DNA from: a virus
Taxonomy: Duplodnaviria > Caudoviricetes
DNA: 26,978 nt
Strand: one strand, 5' to 3'
Virus record (IMG/VR): IMGVR_UViG_3300020340_000010
Coordinates: 1-26,978 of that record
The notes under the pieces are model-generated. The model saw only the letters and a program-made list of their open reading frames with translations. It did no database searches and was not told the origin of the DNA. Shown here in pieces: positions 1-11,600 of this stretch (its first letter is position 1; every line of letters starts with the position of its first letter). A program made the translations under genes and the position numbers.

Positions 1-62
1 ATAAGGTCAAAGAGAGCGAAATTTTCGACTCAGAAAGTGACCCAGAACCACTTTTTGGGTGA
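1..62 (+). CDS. 3' end of an upstream ORF (partial, hypothetical): ...KVKESEIFDSESDPEPLFG*
   Basis: The frame starting at nt 3 is open up to TGA at 60-62. The stop overlaps a late-promoter motif, as at other junctions in this window. Only about 19 codons are visible. Confidence 0.5.
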   Translation, partial: KVKESEIFDSESDPEPLFG

Positions 63-68
63 TAAATA
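62..68 (+). promoter_or_regulatory. T4-like late promoter (ATAAATA) upstream of gp25
   Basis: ATAAATA matches the gp55-sigma late consensus TATAAATA at 7 of 8 positions. It is intergenic and ends 30 nt before the ATG at 99. Confidence 0.7.
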
Positions 69-98
69 ACTACTAATCATAGTATTTTTGTGTAATCA

Positions 99-500
99 AT
101 GCCTTTAGAGAGGGTAAGTCAAGGTTTTAAGGATATTAGTGCTACATTTCAGACTAATCCTCTGAATAGTGACCTCATTGCGATTAAAAATGAGACTGCA
201 ATAGCACGATCTATCCGAAATATTGTTTTTACCCTCCCTGGAGAGAAGTTTTTTGACCCAGATTTTGGGTCAGATATCTCAGCAGCTCTTTTTGAGAATA
301 TTGACCCTACATCTGCTGAGTTTATTCGTACTCAGATTACTGCATCGATCAATAATTTTGAACCAAGAGTAAATCTTTTGGATGTCGTTACGGCACCTTA
401 TTATGATCAGAATGCTTTTAATGTATCAATTAAATATGAAATTATTGGTATTGATGTGCCAGCACAACAATTAGATTTCGTCTTGCAACCGACTAGGTAA
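99..500 (+). CDS. gp25: Baseplate wedge subunit / sheath initiator, T4 gp25-like (GPW_gp25 family)
   Basis: 133 aa. Motifs FKDIS..F..NP, AIARSIRNIVFTLPGEKFFDPDFGS and INNFEPRV are typical of gp25. It lies directly before gp6, as in cyanomyophages. Confidence 0.92.
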   Translation: MPLERVSQGFKDISATFQTNPLNSDLIAIKNETAIARSIRNIVFTLPGEKFFDPDFGSDISAALFENIDPTSAEFIRTQITASINNFEPRVNLLDVVTAPYYDQNAFNVSIKYEIIGIDVPAQQLDFVLQPTR

Positions 501-502
501 CA

Positions 503-2632
503 ATGCCATTAGCAAACTTTTCAAACCTTGATTTTAATCAAGTCAAAACAACACTTAGAGACTATCTAAAGTCAAATTCCAATTTTACGGATTATGACTT
601 TGAGGGATCGAACCTTTCGACGATCCTCGATGTGCTGGCATATAACACATATATTACCTCATACAACGCAAACATGGTTGCGAATGAGGTTTTTATTGAT
701 AGTGCAACATTAAGAGAAAATGTTGTTGCATTAGCAAGAAATATTGGATATGTTCCAAGATCTCGTAAGGCAGCGCGTGCCACAATCAGTTTTTTCGTTG
801 ATACGACAAATATTTCACCAAATCCAGTGTCATTGACACTGAAAAAAGGACCAGTTGCGTCTACGGCGGGCACCTTTGGTCAACAATCCTTCGTTTTTTC
901 GATTTTAGAGGATATTACAGTTCCTGTGTTTGATGGAATCGCTACTTTTAGTGATGTAGCAATCCATGAAGGGTCATTATTATCGACAAACTTTACATTT
1001 AGTTCTAGGAATCCATTCCAACGTTTCACGTTACCCAATTCTGGCGTTGATACGTCATTAATGACAGTTTCAGTTAAGGCAAACGAACAATCAACACAAT
1101 CAGTAAAGTATTCTTTACAGGATAGTCTTTTTACTGTTGAATCCGACTCTAGGGTCTATTATCTGCAAGAAATTGAAGATGAACGTTATGAACTATTGTT
1201 TGGAGATAATATTTTTGGTAAAGCACTAGAAGAAGGTAACTTCATTACTGCAAATTATATCACATCATCTGGTGATAGTGGAAATGGTGTTTCTAACTTC
1301 ACATTTGCTGGAAGAATAACTTATACAAGGAATGGTGTTGAGTATAATGTAACATCTGGTATCTCCTTGATTACCACAGGGTTGCAATCCTCTGGTGGAG
1401 AGTCAATTGAAACAATTGCATCTATTAAAAGGTATGCGCCCAAGATTTATGCATCACAAAATAGAGCATTGACCGCTGATGACTATGAAACACTGATTCC
1501 AGCAAGAATTTACCCCGAAACTGAGTCAATCTCTGTTTTTGGAGGAGAAGAACTTATACCTCCTCAATATGGTAAAGTTTTTATTAGCATCAAACCCAGA
1601 TTTGGTGATTTCTTGCCAAACTTAGTCAAAGAAAATATTCGTAATAGATTAAAGAAATTTGCAGTTGCTGGAATTGTACCAGAAATCCTTGATCTCAAGT
1701 ATTTGTACCTTGAGGTAAATTCAAAACTTTATTACAACTCAAATTTAGCGCCTAGTTCAGAATTTGTATCAACAATTGCTCAGTCTAATGCCAATAAGTA
1801 CTCTGAGTCAACTGAGTTAAATAGATATGGCGCAAGATTCAAATATAGTAAGTTTCTAAAGATTTTAGACGATAGTCACGAATCAGTCACGTCTAATATT
1901 ACAACTGTTGAAATGAGAAGGGATTTAAGAGTTGTTCTTAATACCCTTACTGAATATCAGATTGGTTTTGGTAACGAATTCCATATTAAAAATATGGCGG
2001 GATACAATATTAAATCGACAGCTTTCAGAGTTGCTGGTTTAAACCAAAATGTTTATATTTCTGATATTCCAAATACAAATCGCACTGATGGTTCCTTATT
2101 TCTTTTTACAGTCCCATCTGTAAATTCTACTAATCCAACAGTGGTAAGGAGAAACGTTGGAACGATTAATTACAAAAAAGGAATCGTAACAATTAATCCT
2201 ATCAATATATTGGCAGGAAAAATCAAAGATGGGCAACCAATAATTGAGTTGTCTGCTGTACCGCACTCAAATGATGTTGTCGGATTACAGGATCTTTATT
2301 TGCAACTAGATATTAGTAATAGTAATTTTGAGATGGTTGTTGATAACATTGCTTCTGGACTTGATCCATCAGCATCGAACTATATTACATCCTCTTCTTA
2401 TGCTAACGGTGCCCTTGTTCGTGTAACGGGTGATATTGCAACTACAAGTGGTCAAAGAGTTGTAAACGTTTCAAATGTTTCTGCAACTGCTACAACCCGC
2501 TCTGGTTCAACTGCTACCACATCCACGACCACTACCACGACTACTACATCAACAATTCCTTCCGCAGCGAGTGGAACATCATCCGGTTCATCTGGTGGTT
2601 CTTCATCCTCAGGCGGTTCATATTCCTACTAA
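503..2632 (+). CDS. gp6: Baseplate wedge subunit, T4 gp6-like, with a Ser/Thr/Gly C-terminal tail
   Basis: 709 aa. LDFNQVK..L..YL, FTDYDFEGSNLSTILDVLAYNTY, NEVFIDSATLRENVVALARNIGYVPRS, QNRALTADDY and PPQYGKVFISIKP are gp6/baseplate-J hallmarks. Confidence 0.95.
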   Translation: MPLANFSNLDFNQVKTTLRDYLKSNSNFTDYDFEGSNLSTILDVLAYNTYITSYNANMVANEVFIDSATLRENVVALARNIGYVPRSRKAARATISFFVDTTNISPNPVSLTLKKGPVASTAGTFGQQSFVFSILEDITVPVFDGIATFSDVAIHEGSLLSTNFTFSSRNPFQRFTLPNSGVDTSLMTVSVKANEQSTQSVKYSLQDSLFTVESDSRVYYLQEIEDERYELLFGDNIFGKALEEGNFITANYITSSGDSGNGVSNFTFAGRITYTRNGVEYNVTSGISLITTGLQSSGGESIETIASIKRYAPKIYASQNRALTADDYETLIPARIYPETESISVFGGEELIPPQYGKVFISIKPRFGDFLPNLVKENIRNRLKKFAVAGIVPEILDLKYLYLEVNSKLYYNSNLAPSSEFVSTIAQSNANKYSESTELNRYGARFKYSKFLKILDDSHESVTSNITTVEMRRDLRVVLNTLTEYQIGFGNEFHIKNMAGYNIKSTAFRVAGLNQNVYISDIPNTNRTDGSLFLFTVPSVNSTNPTVVRRNVGTINYKKGIVTINPINILAGKIKDGQPIIELSAVPHSNDVVGLQDLYLQLDISNSNFEMVVDNIASGLDPSASNYITSSSYANGALVRVTGDIATTSGQRVVNVSNVSATATTRSGSTATTSTTTTTTTTSTIPSAASGTSSGSSGGSSSSGGSYSY
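2480..2632 (+). repeat. Low-complexity Ser/Thr/Gly coding tract at the gp6 C-terminus
   Basis: Encodes SATATTRSGSTATTSTTTTTTTTSTIPSAASGTSSGSSGGSSSSGGSYSY. Confidence 0.9.
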
Positions 2633-2647
2633 GAAGTAAATCATAAA

Positions 2648-5600
2648 ATGGCAGAACAAAGAGTACTTTTCAGCAACGTAGTTAAGAACCAAGTCCCTGC
2701 GTATATTAGGGAAGGATTTCCACTTCTCGTACAGTTTTTAGAGCAGTACTACGTCGCTCAGGAATATCAAGGAGCTCCTGTTGACTTAATTCAGAATATT
2801 GACAAATATATTAAGTTAAACGAAAATACTAATTTAGTAGATTCCGTAATTCTTGGATCTGATGCAGATTATAACGACACTACAATTAATGTAGACCTTA
2901 CAAAGTCTCCCACCGGGACAATTGGATTTCCAGACACTTATGGCATCTTAAAGATCAATGATGAGATTATTACATATACTGGAAAAACCTCATCATCATT
3001 CACTGGATGTATTAGAGGTTTTAGTGGAGTCACATCATACAAGAATGAAAACAAACCCGAAGAATTAGTATTCTCCACATCATCTGTTGCAACTCATGAG
3101 TCTGGTGCAACTATTGAGAATCTTAGTATTCTTTTCCTTAATGAGTTTCTCACAAAATTAAAGCGTCAAATCACACCAGGACTCTCTAACAGAGAGTTTA
3201 CACCTGGACTGAATCAAAATCTCTTTATTAAACAGTCAAAAGATTTTTATCTCAGTAAGGGAACTGATCGTTCTTTTGAGATTCTCTTTAAGGCTCTTTA
3301 TAATGAAGATGTAAAAATCGTAAAACCAAGAGATTTTCTGTTTACTCCCTCAAACGCAGACTTCAGAGTAACTAACGATTTGGTCGTTGAGGCAGTCACA
3401 GGAGACCCTACAAACCTCTTGGATTCTGTTCTGAACCAGAATACCTATAAAGATCTATTTACGAGAGCGTATGCCCCAATTACGTCTGTAGAGGCTGTAA
3501 ACGTTGGAACTGGCAACACATTCTATAAGTTAAGTATTGACTCTGGTTACTCAAGAGACATTGGTGTTGATGGTGCTCTTTATGGAGAATTTTCAGTTCA
3601 TCCTAAAACTCAAGTCATTGGTCAAGTTGCAGCAGGAGCAACGGTATTTGATGTTGACTCTACTGTTGGGTTCCCTACAGGTGGTGAACTGTACGTTAAC
3701 TACTTTGATAACACCACAGGGGTAGTGTCTTTTACCTCAAAGTCTCTGACGCAGTTCTTCGGTTGTTCAAATATAACCAAGAGAATAGTTGACACGTCAA
3801 GCGTTGGGATTAATACATATGCGTATGGATTTTCTTTTTCAAATCCAAACGAACAAATCCAGGTAAGAATTAACTCTGTTCTTAGTAATCTTACTGTTGA
3901 TGCTGGGACAAAATATCTTTCTAAAGAAGATGACATTATCATTAAATCTTTAGGTTCTAAATCCACAAATTATGCATCAAAAAATTGGGTGTATAATGTC
4001 TCTCCAACATATCAAGTTCAGTCAGTTGAACTGATCGACGAATCTGATCAAACTTACTCAATTAAACTTTCAAAAGAACACTATTTAAGAGTTGGAGATA
4101 TTTTTGGAATTACTGGTGGTGACAATGCAGAAAAGACCGGATCCATCATCGATATTCAGTCTCCGACTGAAATTAGAGTCAGAGGTCAAGGAAGACTTAT
4201 TCTTACGGATACATACTCCCTTCAAAGGAAAATAAGTAGAGCTGCCTCTAATGTATTCACGTCTGTTGTTGACATAAATGCAAACGTTCAGAACGTCTAC
4301 CTTAAAGAAGGTAACTCAAGAGGTAGATCTGAAAGTATGATGGTTGCTTCACCATCAATCCCTTTTTATAATGCACAACCGATTGATACAACAGATAGAA
4401 CCATTACTTTCTCAGGCACTTTCTCGGGGACAGAGTTTGCGATTACAACAACTGACGATCATGGATTCTACACTGGCGATGCCGTTTACTATCTCCCAGA
4501 GATATCAACAGAGAGTTTCATTAGTGAAAGCGGAGAAGTAGATGAAAGAAGCGTTGTTAAGAGTTCTCTGTTTGCAGAGGGACTTTATTTTGTAAAAAGA
4601 GTTAGTTCGACAACAATACAACTCGCAAAGAGCAGAACTGATATTTTTAATTCCACGTTCGTTTCTGTTACTAGCACCGAAGTTACTAATAATAAAATCA
4701 AACCATATGATTTTAGAGGAAGAACATTAGAGTCACAGAAACTTTTAAGAGAGATAAAACTCCCTACTGAAGATGGAAATCTTCATCCTACTGAACCAGG
4801 TTTTACTGGTGTATTAGTTAATGGGGTTGAGATCAAAAACTATAAGTCAAATGATCTTATCAACTATGGCAAATTAAATGAGATTGAAGTAGTTTCGCCA
4901 GGAAGTGGATATGACGTTGTTACTCCTCCTCTTCTGAATATCTCAGACTCCGTTGGCACTGGTGCAACAGGTTATGTTGCAGTCAATGGAATCCTTGAAG
5001 AGATTAAAATTGTTGATCCTGGGTTTGACTACGAAACCACACCAGTTATAACGATCACTGGTGGCAATGGATCAGGTGCAAAAGCATTTGCAAACATGAG
5101 ACAGTCATATCATGAGGTCTCATTTAATTCTCAAGCAGAGGGTGGAGAAGTAACTCTCTCTACGTCAATAATCGGATTAGGAACTTATCATAAGTTTAGA
5201 AACGCAGAGAGAATCGTATATAACCCCGATGGTCAAAGGGCTATTGGAGGAATTACTACTAATAGTTCTTACTTTGTATCAGAGGTGAGTTCGACATCAT
5301 TTACACTTCATAATACAGAGAATGATGCAATATCTGGTATTAACACCATATCATTTACTTCCTTTGGACTAGGTAAGCACAAAATAAGGTCCTATAATCA
5401 AAAACTGTCAATTGAAAATATTACAGTAACTGATTCTGGTGATGGTTATCAAAATAAGCGTAGAACTGCTGCGTCTTCGGGCATAAGCACTTCTATCAAT
5501 ACCATCACTATTACGAATCATAACTATGAGTCTGGCGAAATTGTTAAGTATACTGCAGAAGATACTGCTATTGGTGGATTAACCAGTGGGACAGAATATT

Positions 5601-8600
5601 ACGTATCAAAAGTTGATAACAACAATTTCCAACTTTCAGAAATAGGATCAGGTTCGGTTGCAAAAGAATTTTATTATAACACAGATCAGTTTATTAATTT
5701 TACAACCACCGGATCAGGCATTCACTCATTTAACTATCAAGATATTTCTGTTAGTGTTACTGGTAAAGTCGGTATTAGTTCTGTTGGCACTGAAACTTTT
5801 GAAGCAGAAGTACAACCAGTATTCAGAGGCGAAATTACTTCCGTCCATCTTTCAAATCAGGGTGTAGGATATGGTTCTTCAGAAATCATCAACTTTGTAA
5901 GAAATCCACTCGTAAGTCTGGTATCCGGTTCTGAAGCACAACTTTATCCAGTAGTAAATGATGGAAAAATAGTAGATGTTGTAATTGCGAACGCAGGTAA
6001 GAATTATAATACTCCACCAGAAATTGGAGTTGATGGAGATGGAATTGGAGCTGTCCTTACATCAGAAATCAACTCTAGTGGTGAAATTTCATCAATCAAA
6101 ATTGTCAAGTCGGGTGCGGATTACACTCAGAGTGAAACAACAGTATCAGTTACTTTCCCTGGGTCAGGTGTAGAATTTGCACCATCAATCCAAAATTGGA
6201 GAGTCAACAATTTTGAGAAGAATTTTGAGTCATTTAAGAATGATGATGGATTTATAACGATAGGTGCCAACAGTGATTATGGTCTTCAATATTCATCATT
6301 ATATGCACCCAGAAGTCTTAGAAAAGCACTGACATCAGTGGACCAAACTGGCAAGGTTCTTTATGGAAACGCCGATCTTAAAATTGCAAACAATGTTGAG
6401 ACATCATCCACTGATCACTCACCAATCATTGGTTGGTCATATGACGGATACCCAATTTATGGTCCATATGGATATCTAACAAAATCTGGTGGTGTCGTAT
6501 CACAGATGAAGTCTGGTTATAAAATTAATCTCAAATCCAATAGACCACCTGAGAGTATTTTCCCCGAAGGATTCTTTGTTGAGGATTACACTCATTACGA
6601 TCTTTCTGACGAAACCGTACTCGATGAGAACAATGGAAGATTCTGTATAACACCAGAATTCCCAGAGGGGACCTATGCATATTTTGCAACTATCAATACA
6701 CTTACGGTTGATTCATCTGGTCCTTTCCTTAACTTTAAGAGACCAGCGTTCCCATACTTAATTGGTGAAAACTACAAAGCCATCCCCAATAAATTTAATT
6801 TTGACGCATCATCAAACCAAGATCGTTATGATCTAAATGCAACTGATTATTTAAGAAATACAGATCCATATAATTTAATTGATGGTGATTTAAACTATAC
6901 ATATCTACCACTTCCAAATAATCTAAATCAAAAAGTTCACATCACATCATCTTCTCCAGGGACTCTTGGAAGCATTGGTATCTCAACAGGTGGAGACAAT
7001 TATAAAGTTGGTGAAGAGATTGTATTTGATAATAGTTTGACTCAAGGAGATGGTGCTATTGCAAGGGTTGAACGTCTTAAGGGAAGACCAATCAATAGTG
7101 TTAGTGTGGCTACTAGCACTATTCAGAATGTAGAGATAGTTCCTTCAGATACTGATGGCACATATTTGGTATTTACGAACAACCCTCACAATTTTAGAAA
7201 TAGTGATGTATTGTCAATATCTGGTTTGTCAACTACATCATCAAAAATTGAGGGATCTTATACTGTAGGAATTTCATCAAATATTCTTACTTTGAGTGGA
7301 GTGGGTTCCACATCATCTGGTCTTGGGACTGCTGGAGTAACAGGTATCGTAACAACCTTTAAGGTAACTGGAAATATTGGTTATCCTGCAATTAGGGAAA
7401 ATGATATTCTTGGTATAGGCACAGAGAAAGTTCAAGTTCTTAACGTTGATAGAAAATTATCACGTATTAGAGTTATTAGAGCGGTCGATGGTACAGTTAG
7501 TGCCGCTCATACTGTATCAACAAAAATATATGAATTCCCCAAAAAACTTACAGTAAACACCGGGTTTAATACTGATTATGATTATCGGGTAAATAAGCAA
7601 ATTTACTTCGATCCTTCAGAAACAGTCGGACTTGGAACTGCTGAGGGCGTGGGAATTGGTTCTACAATATTCTTCTCAAACCCTGGAGCAGGAATCACTC
7701 AAATCTTTATTCAGACTAAATCACTGTACATTCCACAGCATAATCTAAGAACTGGTGATGTAGTAACATATTCTCCTGGAAATGGTGATGGAATTATATC
7801 GTATGCCGGTGCTGGTGCAGGAACAACTCTAACTGATCAGCAACAATTATTTGTGGCAAGAATCAGTGATGATTTAATCGGTCTGTCAACTGTCAAAGTA
7901 GGTCTTGGAACCACTGGTGTATTTGTTGGAATTGCAAGCACTGTTAAAGATTCAAGGACTCTGTTCTTTAGTGGAATTGGAACAGGTGTTTATCATAGTC
8001 TGAAGACTAACCACTCTGTAATCACTGGTGATATTTCCCGTAACGAGGTAACTGTATCTTTAGCAGCGACTCATGGAATACAGGGAAGACACGTTGTATT
8101 CATGGACGTAAATCCATCTTTAACAACTTCATTTAGTGTTTCATATAATGATTTCAACAGAAGAGTAATTATAGATCCAAAGTCGTTCACAGCATCTGGT
8201 ATTAGTTCTTCCACAAACACGTTTACCATTGTAGATCATGGATTTACAAATGGTCAAAAAGTTATCCATACTGCCACATCTCCTGCTGAGGGACTTGAGG
8301 ACAATAAGATCTATTATGTTTATGAAATTGACAAAGACAATTTTAAACTGACTGACACTCATTATGAGACAACTCGTCAGAAACCAAGCGTTGTTGGGAT
8401 CACAAGTGCCTCGTCAGGCACTATTTCGCCAATTAATCCTCCACTTAAAGTATACAGAGATTCAACTGTAGAATTTAATGTATCGGATAGTTCACTCGCT
8501 TATACTAAGCAAGCATCATCATATGCTGCGTTTGCACTGAATTTCTATAGAGATAAAACTTTCACTCAACTCTATGATAAGAACGATGAAAGTTCAGTAT

Positions 8601-11600
8601 TTAATGTTGTAAGAACTGGCACTGTCGGTATCACAACTGATGCAAAAGTTACTCTTACAATTACAAAAGATACCCCAAATGAAATATTCTACAAATTGGA
8701 TCCAGTTTACGAAAGTGATGTACCAGTTGAGAAGTCTCAAATTATTAATGATAACGAAGTAAACCTCAATAATCAAATTGATGTAGAGTTTAGTGCTTAC
8801 AGCGGAACGTTCCCAATCGGGAGTGCTACTACAAATTCTTTCACATATACTTTACCAGTAACACCTGAGAAGAGTTCTTACATCAGTTCCACATCAAATC
8901 TTTCATACGAAACTGATTGCACACATACCGTTGGTCCAATCTCAAAAGTTTCCATCGAAAATGTAGGTAAAAATTATTATTCCTTACCAGGGATCTCTAC
9001 TGTTACCTCTGGTATTGGAACCGGTGCAATTTTAACTACAGAATCTAGTAATATTGGATCAGTTAAAAAGGTAAGAATTGAAGATATTGGATTCAATTTC
9101 CAGGTTGACAAAACTGTAAGACCAACCACCGCTCTTCCACAGATTGTTAAAATTAATTCTCAAACTGGATTTGAATCTGTTGCAATTACCTCAGTAGGAA
9201 AAGGATATGTCAAGGCACCTAGACTTGTAGTATTTGATGGAAAAACCAATGAAAGATTAACAGATGTTGATATTAGATACAAACTTGGTGACAATCAAGT
9301 TTCAATCCTTAAGAATACTTTCGGAATAAACAACACTGAGCCAAGAATTCTTCCTATTGAAAATTCAAATGGCGTAGGTATCAGCACAATTGTTTACAAC
9401 ACATCCACAGAGGATGTCACAGTCACCATGGCTGTTGGTTTCAGCACTGCAGATTCCTTCCCAATATCTGTTGGAGACAAAGTGATGGTGGAAGGAACCA
9501 GCGTTGGAGTTGGTTCAACTGGAAAGGGATTTAATTCTGAGAGTTATGGATATGACTTATTTGTCATTAAGTCTGTCACAGAAAATAGAGGTGGAATTGG
9601 TAGCGTATCATTTAATATCTCTGGTATGGTTAAGAGTGGAGAAATTGTTGGAGATTTTGATTCTGCTAATTCTATCGGTAGAATCATCCCAGAGAAATTC
9701 TTCCCCATTTTTGTTTCTACATTAAAACCAAACCAATATAATAAAGGTGAGACTGTAAAATCTGGCACGAAGTCGGGTGTTGTTCAAAGTTGGGATCCAA
9801 GGGTAAATCTCCTTAGTATTTCATCAATCGATGATTTCTCAACTAACGATCTTATTGTTGGACAATCATCAAACGCTCATGGAGTTGCATCTTCTGTAAC
9901 TTACTTTGACTCATCTTTAAACACAAACACTCTTTCTAAAGTTTCTAAAGGATGGCAGACAAACTCAGGTTATCTTAATGACAATCTTCAGAGAGTACAG
10001 GATAGTTTCTATTATCAAAACTTCTCATACTCTTTAAGATCAAGGGTAGATTATGATACCTGGGAAGATGCTGTTGGATCTCTGAACCACACACTTGGAT
10101 TTAGAAAATTCTCCGATTATCAAATGGAATCAAAACTTCCATCTGGTAGTGAAAATGCATTGGTCGTTGGAGTATCAACTAACCTTACATCAGTAGATTC
10201 TGTATATCAATTAGAGACTTTCATAGATCTTAATTGTGTAAATGATTTTGATCTTGTAAAAGAAAATTCCAAGTCACAGACTCAGATTGTATCGGATCAA
10301 ATCACATTCTCTAGTAAAGTTCTTACTGATTTCTTTGAATCCGTTGGTAATAGAGTTCTGTCAATTGATAATGTCGCAAGTGAATTTAATAGTAACCCCA
10401 GACCAACTGCATTTAGCGTTGCAAATACTTTTGACCTTGATGATGTCAGAGCTCAAAAATATATCACTTATGTCAAGGACAGAAGATTTGTTGGTCAGAG
10501 ACAATTGATGATCGTTGATCTTGTGCATGATAGTTCATTTGGATATATGAACCAATATGGTCGTGTTGAGACAACATACGACCAAGGATCTTTTGACTTT
10601 ACTATCTCTGGTGGTCAGGGTCAACTGCAGTTCTTCCCAACCAAATCAGCAGTCAATAATTATGATATTACGACACTCTCCTATAACCTTGATGATAATC
10701 TACTTGGAGTTGGCACTACTGGCATTGGTCCAGTTCTGATTGATACTAAGAGTGTTGCTCTGAATAGTGGATCCACATCAAATGTTGTAAGTATTGCTAG
10801 CACTTACAGTTCCATTAAACTGATGGTTGAGATTACACCAGATATTAACAGGAACGAATTTGCTTACGATAACATTAATATAGTTCATGATGGAACTAAT
10901 GTCTCAGTTCTTCAGTATGGTGAACTTACAACTGATCTGGGCGCAAGTGCATATATTGGATATGGAACTTACCATGCGTATATTTCAGGTTCTTCATTAA
11001 ATGTTGATTACATCCCTGCATCTGATGTAGGTGTTGGAACAACGGGTGTTATTAATGCCATGGTGATTGGAGTAGGCAATAGTGACACCACTGGTATTGG
11101 AACACTTGATTTAAATCATGCAAGAATCGAAGGAAGAAATACAAGTATTGCATCTTCCACCGCACCTGTTCCTAACGTAATTGGATCTTATGCAAATGAA
11201 TATGATGTTGCACACTTCATTGTTCAATTGACTGATATTACTAATAATCAATATTCACTTTCAGAATTGTTGGTTGTTGATGATTATATTTCTGATGATG
11301 GTGTTGGCGACACTTATGATACTGAATTTGGAATCATTGAGACCAACTCTGGTATTGGTACGATCGGTACACGGGTCAATGGTGCTGCTGTTGGTGTTGC
11401 TGCTACCGTAGAAGTTCTATATACACCTCCAGCAAATGTTCAGGCTCAAGCAAAAGTCTTCATGGTCGCTTTGAGACATGCTGATGACGATAGATCTGAA
11501 GTTGATTTTACAAATGGAACTATTGATACTTCATTCTCTCAATATGAGGGAACCGATACTGACATTAAGAGAGCATTTGAGCTCAAGCATAGAGGAAGAC

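Noticed and set aside
99-500. Lysozyme activity for gp25
   Set aside because: This is a legacy annotation for the family. gp25 is a structural sheath-initiation subunit and no catalytic motif is evident.
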